Both the position numbers and the translations under genes were made by a program. From assembly GCF_018350175.1 (NCBI RefSeq), contig NC_058369.1, forward strand, positions 56,172,001 to 56,236,000: DNA of 64,000 bases, given 5' to 3'. The notes under the pieces are model-generated. The model worked only from the letters and a program-made list of their open reading frames with translations. It was not told where the DNA came from and ran no database searches. How positions within the stretch are numbered: the first letter of the stretch is position 1; the number at the start of each line of letters is the position of its first letter. This document shows positions 1 through 13,227 of this stretch, in pieces. Source of the stretch: Felis catus. Taxonomy: Eukaryota.

Positions 1-928
1 TGGTCTGAACTGTGAGCATGATGTGTGCATGCACACTCTTGGGGGTTCTCTTTCTGGAGTCCTCTTCCCTCCATAGTTTATGCTGAACACACTGACATGC
101 ACGAACATCAGTGCTCAAGCTCGTGTGTTGCTTTGCTGGCTTTGGTCCCAGCTCCCTGTAGTCCACTCCCATCCAAGTCAAAACAGCATCGGGTCCGGTT
201 TTACCCAGCGACTCACGTTGTGTCATCAGGAGTTACCTTCGCCCTCTGCTTTCCATGTTGGCCTCACTGTCTAGTCAGTTTGTTGCGGGTGGTAGCCCCA
301 ACAGCTCCCCAAGGGAAGAGAGGTTCTCGTTCACAAAAGTTCTGTGGCAAGTCCTGGCATGGGTTTGCTGGGCCCAGGTCACATGTCCAGCCTTGGATCT
401 GTTACTAAAACAAAAGGCATGAAATCCACTGATTGGCCAGATCTAGGTTATGTGCCCACCTTTTGATTCTGTAGAGAGTTAACATCCCCCAAATTATATA
501 GACTAGGAAAAACTGATGGGGCAAGGTCTTCAAAGGAAAAAGGATGTATTATTGGTATAAGATGAGGAAGTAAAGGGCAGGCAGGAAACATAGTCACAGA
601 TGTCTACGGTCCCATCCGGGACAGTGGAGCATCCTAGGATCTTAAGGGATAAGTGCACCCCACAACTGGTGGAAAACCCAACTCAAAACCCCTAAGAACT
701 GCACGTAACACCAGGTGTCATGGAGCCTGGACTTAAGAACCAAATGGAGACAAGAAGAATTGGAAACAAGCACAGGCTTTCCTGCTGGGGCTGCTGGCCT
801 TGGGGGCTTGGGGATGGATATGGCACAGGTGCCCAGAGGCTGTATCAGTAGGGAACCTGGACACTGATGGCAAACAGCATGAGGATGAGAACCTCTGGAG
901 GGATTCTCCTCGGAGTTTGTTAGAAATC

Positions 929-1113
929 TTTTTTTTTTTTTTTTTTTTTTGAGAGAGAGATTGATTGTGAGCGGGAGAAGGGCAGAGGGAGAGGGAGAGA
1001 GAAAAATCTTAAACATGGAGCCTGACACAGGGCTTGATCTCACAATTGGGAGATTATGACCTGAGCTGAAATCGAGGGATGGACACTAACCGACTGAGCC
1101 ACCCAGGCGCCCC
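929..1113 (-). mobile_element. CanSINE, apparently inserted in a MER5A-like DNA transposon relic (~905-1210)
   Basis: GGGGCGCCTGGGTGGCTCAG head on minus, (CT)n, poly-A, short agaaa TSD. Confidence 0.9.
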
Positions 1114-1574
1114 AGAAACATAGCATCTTGAGCCCCACTCCAGACCTCCTCCATCAGAATTTGAATTTTAATCAGGTGCCCAGTTGATTTATGTGCACTG
1201 CTAAAGACTCATCTCTCGTCTCTTAGCCCTCACATTCAGGGGTGGTGGGACCTATGTTAGGTCTTTAATTCAGACTTTCTGGAAGACAGTGTGGTTGTGT
1301 GTATGAAGGAGCCTTAAAAATATTCATGCTTTTTGATGGAGCTGCTATTTCTACTTCTGAGACTGTTGCTTAGCAAAGTCACAAGAGGCAGGGACAAAGA
1401 ATATTATGCACAAAGATGTCAATTGCAGTATTATTTATACTCAGAAACTACTATGTATTCACAAATAGGAAAGGGCAAAGTCAAGTATGACACATTGAAC
1501 ATTGACTGCTGTGTTACCATTTGAAATGTTGCTTTAAAAAACAATTTTGGGGGGAATAAGCAGGGAATATAGTG

Positions 1575-2050
1575 ATAAACCGGATAGACACAGTGCCTGG
1601 CCTCGTGGAGCTGACATTCTACTGGGCAAGACAGACAGTAAGCAAGTGGACAAATGAGACAATTTCAGACTGTGACCGGTACAACAAAGAAAGAATGGGG
1701 TTATGTGGTAGAGAATCCTGGGTGGGTTGGGAAGGACTGTTCAGATGCGGCAAATAGGGAAAGCTTGTCCTAGGAGCTGTCATTTAAAGTGAAATCCAAA
1801 AGATGAGAGGGATCCAGCAAAACAAACAGGTAGGAAAAGATCATCCAGGCAGAAGGAATGGGAATTACCAGCATGCTGGAGGTGGGGAGATTGGCTGTTT
1901 GGGAGATGTGTGGCTGGAGCAGGGTGAGCCAGGAGGAAGCTGGATGCTGAGGAAGCTGGAGAAACGAGAAGTCCCAGACTCCTCCAGCCTTGTAGGCTGT
2001 GGGTAGAGTATGTCTTTTGTTCTTAAAGTGTTATAACAGCGAATGGAGAA
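1575..2050 (-). mobile_element. L2 relic
   Basis: cctggcctcgtggagctgacattctactggg..agacagac, typical of the L2 3' region. Other L2 relics at ~44330-44790 and ~60900-61990. Confidence 0.6.
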
Positions 2051-3911
2051 GGAAAATGATATCAGTAAGAAGGCAGAATAGAAGGTCCTAGCATATCTCC
2101 CCCCACAGAAACACTGACTTGCCAATCACCTACATACAAAATACCTTTTTGAGAGCTCTGGAGTTCAGTTGAAGGTATCAGCACCCCAGTGGACCACAAA
2201 ATCCAGCATCAGTCAAACTGAAAAGGGTAAAAGGAGCAGTTGCACTTTGCATGCACCATCCCTACCCCCGACCAACAAAACTCAGAGCCAAGAGAGATCC
2301 CCGTAGTCCATGACTTCTCCCTCAGGAGAAAGAACAAGAGAGGGTCCAGCTTCCTGACCTTTGGGGGCAACGCCCAAAAGCCCTGCTTACCTTGGCACAT
2401 TAGAGCACTGAGGAAATTGGTATGGCTTGGATCATCGGAGAGCAGCTGAGAACAAAGTAAAGGGCGGACGCTTATAGCAACTAGCATGTATATCCCCAAA
2501 CCACAACCCCCCACAGATGGGGCTCCACACATCCCCACACATGGCATGCAGATCTCAGCATCTAGGAAGGATCTCGGCAATAGCCTTGATTCTGCAGGAT
2601 TGGGAGAAGGTGCACAACTCTGAAACTGTTTCCTCAGGAGGGATGGAGAGAAGTGGAACTTTTACCCATTGTCCTGGCATATTGATGCATTACCCTATGG
2701 AAAGGGGGTGGTTAACTCTTGGCACTCAACATGGCTGTGTAGGGTAGGGAGAGGGCACAAAATCCTAAGGCATGCTTTACAGAGGGGAGGGGAGGGGAGG
2801 AAGTGGAACCTGCACCCAGTGCCCTGGCATATTAGGGCAATGCCCTAGGGGAAAGCAATGGGTAACTCTCAGCACCTGGCATGGCTCTGTGGGATTTAGA
2901 GAAGGCACACAATCCTAAGATTACCTCCCCAGAATGTAGTGGAAGTGGAGTGGTCCATAGAAAAGGTTTGAGAGATCTCCAGAATCTTTAGGCAGGCTGT
3001 CTGATGAAGGTCTTTTCTTCCCAAATCCTGTCCATAAATACTGGAAGAGGTGGCTACTTCTTTATATGTGCAGACACCACCACAGGCTGTAAAGATCATG
3101 AAGAATCAGGGAAACATAACATCACCAAAGGAACAAAACAAGACTCCATTAACTGACCCCAAAGAAGTGGAGATCTATGAATTGCCTTACAAAGAATTAT
3201 AAATTGTCGTTTTAAAAATCTCATTGAACTATGAGAGAGCACAGATAGACAACAAAAGGTAGAAAAACAATCTATTATCAAAATGAGAAGTTCAACAAAG
3301 AGAAACCATAAAAAAGAACCAAAACAAATTCTGGAGTTAAAGCACACAATGCCTGAATTGAAAAAGTCAGTACAGTAGCAGACTTGATCAAGTAGAAGCA
3401 AGAATCAGTGAACTTGAGGAGAGGATATTTGAAACTGTCTACTCAGAGGAGCAAAAAGAAAGAGGAATAAGAAAGAGCTAAGAAAGCCTACAGGATTTAT
3501 GGGGCACCATCAAGAAAACCAATATAAAATAATGGGTGCTCCAGAAGAAGAAGAGAAGGAGAAGGTGGCAGAAAGCTTATTTAAAGAAGTAATGGCTGAA
3601 AACTCCCCAAATCTAGGAAGAGAGATGGACAACCAGATTCATGAAGCCCAAAAGATACAAAATAGGTTGAATCTAAGAAGGTCTACAGTGAAGCACATGA
3701 AAATTGTCAAAAGTCAAAAAGTTTGGAAACAGCAAGAGAAAAGCAACTCATCATATACAACAGAACTCCATTAGGATTATCAGCAGAATTGTTAGCAGAA
3801 ACCTTGAAGGCTAGCAGAGAGTGGAATGATATATTCAAAATGCTGAAGGAAAAAAATCTACCAACCAAGAATACTCTACCTGGCAAAATTCCTCTTTAAA
3901 AATGAAGCAGA

Positions 3912-4106
3912 GGAGCACCTGGGTGGCTCAGTTGGTTAAGCATCTGACTCTTGGTTTTGGCTCAGGTCATGATCTCATAATTTGTGAGTTTTAGCCCCAC
4001 ATTTGGGTCTGCACTGACAAAGCGGAGCCTGCTTGGGATTCTCTCTCTCCCTCTCTCTTTGCCCCCCTACCCGGCATCAAAATAAATAAATAAACTTAAA
4101 AAAAAT
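3912..4106 (+). mobile_element. CanSINE in L1 ORF1
   Basis: tRNA-derived head, A-tail, TSD aaaaatgaag(c/g)aga. Confidence 0.95.
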
Positions 4107-4174
4107 AAAAATGAAGGAGAGATCAAAACTTTCCCAGACAAACAAAAATCAAGAGAGTTTGTTATCACTAGACC

Positions 4175-4201
4175 TTTTTTTTTTAATGTTTATTTGTTTT
4201 T

Positions 4202-4233
<32 letters not shown>

Positions 4234-4404
4234 CAGAGTGTGGAAGTGGAGGAGCAGAGAGAGATGGAAACACAGAATCTGAAGCAGGCTCCAGGCTCCG
4301 AGCTGTCAGCACAGAGCCTGATGCAGGGCTTGAACTCCCAAACTACGAGATTATGACCTGAGCCAAAGTTGGATGCTAAACCTACGGAGCCACCCAGGCA
4401 CCCC
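4175..4404 (-). mobile_element. CanSINE (feliform type)
   Basis: Perfect TSD tcactagacc at 4165 and 4405. Confidence 0.95.
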
Positions 4405-6950
4405 TCACTAGACCAAGGGAGGGGAGTTTGTCAAGTTGAAATGAAAGGACACTAAACAGCAACACAAACGTATATGAAAGTATAAGTCTTACTGGTAAGG
4501 GTGAATATAAAGACAAATAAAGAACAGTGCAATACTGTAATGATTATACATAAATCACTCTTAACCCAAGTATAAAAGTTAAAAAACAAAAGTATTAAGG
4601 ATAACTAAAACTATAAAAATTTAAGGGTGCACAATATAAAATATGCAAATTGTGACATCAATAACATAAAATGTGTGTGGGGGGAGTAAAAGTGTAGAGT
4701 TTTTGTATGTGATGGAAATCAAGTTGTTATCAGCTTAAAATGGACTGTTAAAACTATAAGATGTTGTGTGTAAGCCTCATGTAACCACAAAGGAAGTATT
4801 TAAAGAAGATACACACAAAAAAGAAAGTAATCAAAGCATATAATATCAAAAAAATCATCACATCATAAGGGAAGACAGCAAAAGAGTAAGAGGGGAATAA
4901 AATAACTACAAAAGAAACAGAAAATGATGAATAAATGCCAATAGTAAATCCTTACCTATCAATAACTAAGTGTAAATAGTTTAAACCCACCCATCAAAAG
5001 CCATAGAAAGACTGAATAGATAAAACAACAGGCTCCAACTACATATTGAGTACATATTGAGACTTTAGCTTCAAAGACACACAAGGGCTGAAAATGAAGG
5101 GCTAGATAAAAGATACTCCTTGCAAATGGTGACCAAAAGAGAGTAGGGGTGGTTATACTTATATGAGATAAAATAGACTTTAAGTCAAGAACTATAAGAG
5201 ATAGAGAAGATCATTATGTAATGATAACAGGTTTAGTTCAACAGGAAGATATAACAATTATAAATATGTATGCACTGAACATCAGAGTTCCTAAACATAT
5301 AAAGCAAACATTGACAGATCTGAAGGAGACTTCAGTAGTAGAAGACTTCAATGCCCAACTTTCAATAGTGGACAGAAAATCCAAATGGAAAATCAGTAAG
5401 GAAACTGCAGATTTGAACAACTCTATAAACAAGATGTACCTAAAAGACATATAGAGCACCCAACAGTTGCGGAATACACACTCTTCTCAAGCACACACAG
5501 AACATTCTCATAGATAAAACACATAACAGGTCACAAAACAAGTCTTAACAAATTTAACAAGATGAACATCATCCCAGGTATCTTTTCTGTCCACAGTGGA
5601 ATGAAGCTAGAAATCAGTGACAGAATAAAATGGGAAAATTCACAGATACATGGAAATTAAACAACATATCCTTGAACAGTCATTGGAAAGAAAAAACTAA
5701 AAGGGAAATTAGAAAATATTTCAAGACACATGAAAATGAAAATACAGTATACCAAAACTTTGCAAAAACAATATTAACAGGTCCTGAGAAACACCTCCAT
5801 AAAAAAGAAAAATCTCAAATAAATAATCTAGCTTTATACCTCAAGGTTCTAGAAAAAGAACAGGCACAGCCCAGAGTTAGCAGAAGGAAAGAAATAATGA
5901 AGATCAGAGCAGAAATAAATCACATAGAAAATAGAAAAATAGTAGAAAAAAAATAGATGAAACTAAGTTTGGTGTTTTGAAAAGAGAAACAAAATTGACA
6001 AACCCTTAGCAAGACTAAAACAAAAAAGAGAGGACATAAAGAAAATTGTAAATGAAACAGAAGACATCACAACAGATGCCACAGAAATAAAAAAGAAAAG
6101 AAACGACTATGAACAATTTTATGCCAATAAATTGGACAACCTGCAAAAATAGGACAAATCCCTAGAAACATACAACCTACCAAGGCAGAATTTGGAAGAA
6201 AGAGAAAGTTTGAACACACTAACAATAAATAAGAATATTGAATCAGTAACCAAACACCTCCCAACAAGGGAAAGTGAGACCAGGTGTCTTCACAGGTGAA
6301 GTCTACCATTCAAAGAATTAATAGCAATCCTCAAATGCTTCCAAAACCTACAGGAAGAAGCACGATACTTCTGAACTCATTTTATGAAGCCAACATTACC
6401 CTGACAGGAAAGCCAGATAAAATATTAGAAATAGAGTGATCATATGATTCAGCAGCGCCACCTCTTGGTACATACCCAAAGGAATCAAAATAATCTCAAG
6501 GAGATACCTGCACCCCCATGTTCACTGAAGCATTGTTCACAGTAGCCAAGACATGGAAGCAACCTAAATGCGTATTGACTCATGATGAACAAAGAAAATG
6601 TGGTATATAGTCTCAATGGGATATTAGTAAGCCTTTTAAAAGAAGGAAATCCTGCCATTTGCAACAACACGGACGAACCTGGAGGACATTATGCTAAGTG
6701 AGATAAATCAGATACAGAAGGACAAACACTACATAATACCACTTAGATGGGGAAGCGAAAANNNNNNNNNNNNNNNNNNNNNNNNNNNNNNNNNNNNNNN
6801 NNNNNNNNNNNNNNNNNNNNNNNNNNNNNNNNNNNNNNNNNNNNNNNNNNNNNNNNNNNNNNNNNNNNNNNNNNNNNNNNNNNNNNNNNNNNNNNNNNCT
6901 ATCATTAATATTGCCATTTTATATATGTAAAACTTTGCAGAGAGGGTAGA

Positions 6951-7174
6951 TTTTTTTTTAAATTTTTTTTTCAACGTTTATTTATTTTTGGGACAGAGAG
7001 AGACAGAGCATGAACGGGGGAGGGGCAGAGAGAGAGGGAGACACAGAATCGGAAACAGGCTCCAGGCTCCGAGCCGTCAGCACAGAGCCCGATGCGGGGC
7101 TCAAACTCACGGACCGGGAGATCGTGACCTGGCTGAAGTCGGACGCTTAACAGACTGCGCCACCCAGGCGCCCC
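6951..7174 (-). mobile_element. Young felid CanSINE (SINEC_Fc-like)
   Basis: CpG-rich, close to consensus; TSD agag(a/g)gggtagatttt. Confidence 0.95.
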
Positions 7175-7225
7175 AAGAGGGGGTAGATTTTTAGGTTAAG
7201 TATTCATATCAGAAAAAAATAACAG

Positions 7226-7451
7226 TTTTTAAAAAATTTTTTTAATGTTTATTTTTTGAGAGAGAGAGAGACACAGACACACAGAGTGCAAGCTAGGGAG
7301 GGGCAGAGAGAGGAAGACACAGAAACCAAAGCAGGCTCCAGGCTCTGAGCTGTCAGCACAGAGCCTGACATGGGGCTTGAACTCATGGGACATGAGATCA
7401 TGACCTGAGCTGAAGTTGGATGCTTAACTGACTGAGCCACCCAGGCGCCCC
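7226..7451 (-). mobile_element. CanSINE
   Basis: Standard head and tail; TSD agaaaaaaataa. Confidence 0.95.
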
Positions 7452-9559
7452 AAGAAAAAAATAATAATAAATAAAGAGGGTGGAAGAAACTTTTGGAGGT
7501 GATGGATGTGTTTATGGTGTAGACAGTCATGACAGTTTTACAGATGTTACTTATCTCATACGTCATCAGGTTGTATACATTAAATACGTACACCTTTGTG
7601 TAGGTCAGTTACACCTCAGTAGAGAGGTTAAAGAAAAAAGTCGACGGAGGGGACTCTGATTCAGTCCAGGTTGCTAAAAGCCTCAGGAACAGGGTCACTG
7701 GGGCACATTTCTAATCCACATTAAGTGAGCAAAGCTGGCATAGAACAGTACAAACTGTCTTTTGACTGTATAAAAAGATTTAAAAAAAAAGCCTGGAGAT
7801 AAACCTGCAAAACTGTTACAGTCATTACCTCCAGGTGGTGGGATTGCAGATGATTTATACTTGTTTTTCTTAAGCTTTTCTGTATTTCTTCCACACGAGA
7901 AAACACAATAGAGGTGATTTCAGAATCTGAATTTGTATCCAGTCGCAGTGATTAGTCGCAGACACCAGAATCCACTCTTTCTGGTTTGAGCAGAGTGGAA
8001 TTTATTCCTGGGTGTTCGGATTGAGATTCCAGAACTACCAGGGGAATAAACTTTGATGCGCCATGGCCAGGGACAGCATAGCCTGGACAATCAGCTAACC
8101 CTGCCTGAGACTGTTGCCACGGAAACACCACTGTCTGTGATGCTCAGGCCCAAACACTAGAGCCAGCTGCTGTGGGAGAACCAGACCTTTCTGTTCCCTG
8201 CCAGCCGGGGCGCCCCATCTGTCCACCGCTCTGTGTTGCTCACTTCCACCTTCTGTACCTTGGGCAGGCATCTGTCTAGAGCAGCTGAGACCACCCACAG
8301 AAACCTAGCTGCAAGGGTGTCTGGGAAATGTAGATTTCAGTTTTTTTCCAGAGACCAACTACCACAGGGCACGGAAGGAGGGGATCGGCACCCTTGTTTA
8401 ATGACTCAGTCCGCAAGGTCCACCACAGAATCAAAACAAGAGTGACCAGAATGGTTCCTTACACCCTTGACTTTCTGAAAGGCACATGAAGGCTTAATCA
8501 TCCATTGTGTTGTCTTAAGGACAACGGGATGCTTTCTCTTAGTCCAGAGAGCACTGGCCACCAGCGTCCCTTGCCCTAGCCTCCTCAGTACACACTGGCC
8601 TGACTTGTAACTGCCAGCACCTCCTTGCTGCTGGAGACCCCTTGGCCACTTGGGCGGTAGGCCGAAGTGTGGAGACGGTGTTCCCGGGGGCACTTCAGCC
8701 AGTACCCCAGCTGCCTTGCCTCTTGGCTGGGAGAGCTCTGCACACGGCTTCCTGGTGGCCCAGTTCCTGTTTTCCACAGTAGTGGGCTCCTGCACGGTGG
8801 GTGGCTCGATAGCCTTGATTCGCTGCCTTCCCTTCCTTTTCTCACTTCCCTTCCCCCCTTGCCTTCACCTCCCAAATAAACAACTTGTGCCACAATCCTT
8901 GTCTCCAGGCATGTCTGGGGCCACTCAAACTAATGCGTCCGTGGCCCACGCGTGCACACATGTAAAGCCTCATGCTGGCTCCGGGTGTTGGTTGAACAGG
9001 TGTGAGGCTGTGTTTGTGACCTTGCATCTGTTCATGCCAGTTTGGAAAGGCGCCCTATTCCTGGTTCTCACCCCCTTCGGCAGGGAACCAGAGGGCTCCA
9101 GTATGCTCCCAGCCGCCTGCCACCTCACCCACGCTGACGCCGAGGCCAAGTGTGCATGTGTAGGTGTCGCCCTCACCAGAGTTCTGCCCAGCCGCTCTCT
9201 GCTCCTTCTCCCCACAGCATTTATTACTCCTTCTGCCCTAAGACTGTGCCGCTATGCCTTGAGGTTCAAACATGAGCATGACCATCCTCAGTTTAAATAG
9301 GGACCGCTATGTGCCGCTCTTAGCGTGTGAGGTGGCAGCCAGCTCCGTTACGGGCTCACGTAACAAACATCCCCCCACCCCCTGCAGCCCGCTGGATGCC
9401 AGGCCTCACGCTGGGCTCTGGCACTTGGAGACACATCGTCTACTACAGAATCACCCCTCCCTCCTTCCCTCCTGCGCTGCAGGTCTGCCCGTGAGCGGCC
9501 GCCCAGCAGCCGGGAGCCCGTGTTCTCAAGTGACAACTCAGGCAGGTGGCGAGAGAAGC

Positions 9560-9750
9560 GGCTTTATCAATCAGCTGCTGTGTGTCACACTCGAGCCTTG
9601 TCTCCTTACAGCACTCGTGGGGGTCGTTATCATCCTCGATCCACAGATGAGGAAACTGAGGCTCATAGAGGTTGAGTGACATTCTGAGGCCACTGGGCAG
9701 CAGGAAGTGGCAGTGCTGGGGCTCGGACCAGGAAGCTCTGACTAAGGGTC
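9560..9750. mobile_element. MIR relic
   Basis: MIR core acagatgaggaaactgaggctc. Other MIR-like relics at ~46160, ~54520, ~55460, ~58800 and ~60000. Confidence 0.75.
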
Positions 9751-10019
9751 TGTTCTTGTTTCCCTGGCATGTCCTGGCTTCTCAGACACGGGACATCCCA
9801 GAATGATGGGCTCCTGGTGTTGACCCGTCCTGTAACTCAGCCACTAACCAGCAGCCTCTACATTGTCTTAGCACCGGAGACACCACAGTGAACATAACAA
9901 ACCCCTTATCTCCTTGGAGCACCCCCTTCCTGAGGAATAGATACAGTAAACAAGTGAGATCACTTCAAATGGGGCGGAGTGAAGGCTACCCCGTGGGGTG
10001 ATGCGAGGGAGAGGCGTTG

Positions 10020-10320
10020 AGGAGCATTTTCTACTGCTGTGTAACAAACGACCCCAACACTTAGCGGTTTACAGAGGCGACCTTTTCTTGTCTTGGTGCG
10101 CGTGGGTCAGGAGCCCGGGAGCAGGGTAGCTGGGTGGTTCTGACTCATGGTCTCTGAGATTGCCAGCAAGGTGTCGGTTGGAGCTGCATCAGCCGGGGGG
10201 CTGGGAAATGTACCTGTAAGCTACCAACACACGGTTGGTGGCCGGGGCATCAGGACCTTACCACATGGGTCTCTCCAGGGCCGCTCACAGGACAGTTCGG
10301 CTGGCTTCCCGCAGGGCGAG
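10020..10320. mobile_element. MaLR (MLT1-like) LTR relic
   Basis: ctgctgtgtaacaaacgaccccaacacttagcgg...gggtcaggag...gctgggtggttctg is typical of MLT1. Confidence 0.6.
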
Positions 10321-10968
10321 GTCAAGGTGGACATTAAGAGTGAGATGCACACATGCACGTGTGCTCGTGGGCGTGCACACACAGGCTCTGCTTGCTTGCT
10401 TTTCTGCCACAGCTCTGAGGAAGTGGAAAACAAAAACAAAACAAGAACCTTCTATAGCTGCTCCTAAGGATGGCGCCTCCTGTGGCTCCAGGCCCCCGGA
10501 GGAGGCTTTGGAGCGTCTTCCAGCTAATGGAGGCCTCATGGGCTCCTTGCTGCATCCCCTGGGGTGAGGAAGCATCACACGCTTCTGTTGGCCCTTCTGG
10601 TCATCCATCACCTGCCACAGTGGGGAGCAGTGTGGCCTGTGTTGGCGTGTGCCGATGCCACTTGGAATTGCCAGGCAGGAGTCCGTGGCCCTTCTAGAAT
10701 GAGGGTTCAGGCAACTAGAACACATGTGGCTGGGAGACACCTGCTTTTCACCTTACTTGCTACCGGCGAGGACGCAGGGGCCACTGGGTGTGGCCAGAGG
10801 AACCCACCTGTGACAGTGGGCCCGGATGTTTGAGGAACAGAGTGGGGGCTCTGGCCCTCTTTTGAAAATAACTCGTCACCTTGCCGAACAGTCTGTTCCT
10901 GTTTTTCCATTTTAAAATTGCGGCTTCTACGTATGGAGGACATACGAAGTGTCCGTATACATATGTAG

Positions 10969-10969
<1 letters not shown>

Positions 10970-11009
<40 letters not shown>
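10970..11009 (+). repeat. (GT)n microsatellite
   Basis: Read directly; another (GT)n at 29826-29870. Confidence 0.95.
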
Positions 11010-11011
<2 letters not shown>

Positions 11012-11427
11012 GGTCACAGATTCACTGTGGTACAGACACCTTCCCTCACCACCCAAGTCCACAAGGGGGGGGCCCCCAGCAGCCCGGCAACCACGTACTG
11101 TTCCCCCGACAGCAATGTCTCTCTGGGGGAGGACTGGTGGCCCGACTTTTGTGGCTTCATGGTTTAACTCCCAGGTGGGCACCTCTCGGCTGAGGCACTG
11201 AGTTTTGGCTGCTTTGCTTCATTCAGGTGGATTGTGACATGTGCCTTCTCTGGCTGCCTCAGCCACTCCCCCCCGCTGCTGGGGGTGGCCAGAGCTTGTG
11301 TGTTCTCCTGGCCGCTTAGCATCCCTTGTTTGGTGTGGATGGGCCACATTCACCCATTTTCCTGCCGAGACACAGGAGGCCTCTTCCAGCTCAGGGCTCA
11401 GGGAGCACATCACTTGGGCCAAATCGG

Positions 11428-11933
11428 TGCGGGATTATTTAGTACCTCAGTACCCGGGGTTTGTTGTCTCGCCACTTCGAAGAATGAAGAGGGAGACACA
11501 AAATGAGCAGCAGGCCAGTTGATTAGAGTAGAAGATCAGAAAGGAAGGGCAGTAGCAAAGGTCTCTTTGCAGAGAGGGGGTGTTCGAAAGTGAATGCCCG
11601 AGGCCTCTAGGCGAGGGTCTCTGTTTTAGAAGGTTCTGGTCAGCCCTCTCTTCCCTTCCCCCTCGTTCCTTCTCAGGTCCTACCCTTATTGACTTGATCA
11701 CTCTAGGTGCTGGTTTGTCCATTCCCGATTGCCTCGACCCCCTTGTGTGTGGGGTGGTCTGTGGCCATATCAATCCCTTGTCGGTCATATGTTTTATGGC
11801 CTGCTACTTAGTTTTAGCCAGGTCTTTTGTCACATTCCTGAGGGGGACCTGACAGGGAGGAGGTTGGTGCCTGGTACACGCTTAAGGGGAACCACACACC
11901 TGAAGGGGTTCGCTATGGCCAGACCCTCCCAGC
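11428..11933 (-). mobile_element. Probable solo ERV LTR
   Basis: TG..CA-bounded ~500-bp segment with an LTR-type end (tgcgggattatt..tgttgtctcgccacttcgaagaatgaag); no clear TSD. Confidence 0.45.
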
Positions 11934-12955
11934 ATTGTTCCAAAATGCGTGTTTTTCCCCACCCAGGGACTTCAGGTCCTAAACGTCCCCTCTTCTGCCC
12001 ACTGAATCCAGTCTTTTCCTACCACAAAGTCATGTGTTTCACTGGGGCCTGTACCTAGGAGCAGAACTTGTGGGTCCGAGGGTGTCCTGACCTTCCTGGG
12101 GGAACACCGTCCATCCTATGAGGGAGCACTTCTGTGGGCCCCGTGAAGAGCCAGGGAGGCAGGGAGCAGTACTGAGGGAACCATGACTCAAAGACATCTG
12201 AGCAGTAGACTGGGCCCTGCTGTGCAAGACGGCAGTCTGCTTGAGAGGCCCGAGCAGGTAGGGAGGCCTGGCCGAGTTCCCAGAGGGTGGTGAGAGCTGC
12301 ACCCCTCCCCCCCCCCCCGCCGCCGCCGTGAGGGACCCAGCTGCGGAAAGGGACCGGTAGTCAGGGGGTGTGGACTACGCAGAGCACCGCAGGCAGGAGG
12401 AAGAGTGTGTGCGGAGGCTCAGAGGCCGCAGACGGTGATGACCCTGGCCGCCGTGACACGGCACCTCGGACGGCGTGGCTTGCACAAGAGACGTGCTTGC
12501 ACAGGAACCCCATGACTGGAGTTGTAGGGGCGTGTGTGGGTTTTCCTGGAGTGAGGTCCATGGCTGGGACCAGATTCTCTGATGGGTGTCTCCCCCAGAG
12601 AAGGGTGCCAAGGTCATGACAATACATCTGATTTGAATCTATCTCTGTGACATGGGTGTGAGAGGCAGTGGTTGGCCTGGCCCCTCCGAGGCCACCTCAG
12701 CGAAGCCATGGTTTATCATGGGCCCAACTCCCCACCTGCCACTTGGCAGGAGTCCAGTGACGCGGGCACCCACATTCACTTAACCCTCGTGTGTTGTTTA
12801 TTTCAGCTTGTTCTCGTGGAAAACTTCAAATGTGCACCAAAGTAGGCAAAGCAGCGTAAGACCCTCCCACCCCTCATATCCCACTTCAACAATGGTCAGC
12901 TCACAGCTAATCTTATCCCCCCTCCTTATCCCTGTCATATTGTATATTCTCCAAG

Positions 12956-13168
12956 TTTTTCAAACGTTTAGTCATTTGTGAGAGACAGGGAGACACAACG
13001 CGAGCGGGCGAGGGGCAGAGAGAGAGGGAGACTCAGAACCTGAAGCTGGCTCCAGGCTCCGAGCCATCAGCACAGAGCCCGACGGGGGAGCTCGAGCCCA
13101 CGAACCCCAAGATCATGACCTGAGCTGATGTTGGATGCTTAGCTGACTCGGACCCACCCAGGCACCCC
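12956..13168 (-). mobile_element. CanSINE
   Basis: Standard body; TSD tattc(t/c)cca. Confidence 0.9.
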
Positions 13169-13227
13169 TATTCCCCATTTTTTAAAATAAAACCGCGCTA
13201 TTTCTGAACGTGTTTGTGTTGTGAGCC

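Larger units (their letters stand above)
2058..7639 (+). mobile_element. Old L1 (L1MA/L1MB-like): 5'UTR, ORF1 and partial ORF2, RT region deleted
   Basis: ORF1 remnants (AENSPNL..QIHEAQK) at ~3100-4170. Endonuclease remnants (QQEDITIINMYA..EDFNAQLS; TWKLNN) from ~4925. Jumps to the ORF2 C-terminus at ~6425, then an L1M-type 3'UTR. Four SINEs inserted. Confidence 0.9.

Noticed and set aside
6691-6974. ORFs spanning N runs (also ~28.2-28.6 kb and ~49.6-50.0 kb)
   Set aside because: Artefacts of assembly gaps.
8650-9300. 216-aa ORF (likewise 24869-25519, 44994-45605, 46162-46743)
   Set aside because: No recognisable homology; several run through repeats, and overlapping ORFs in multiple frames indicate GC-rich noise.
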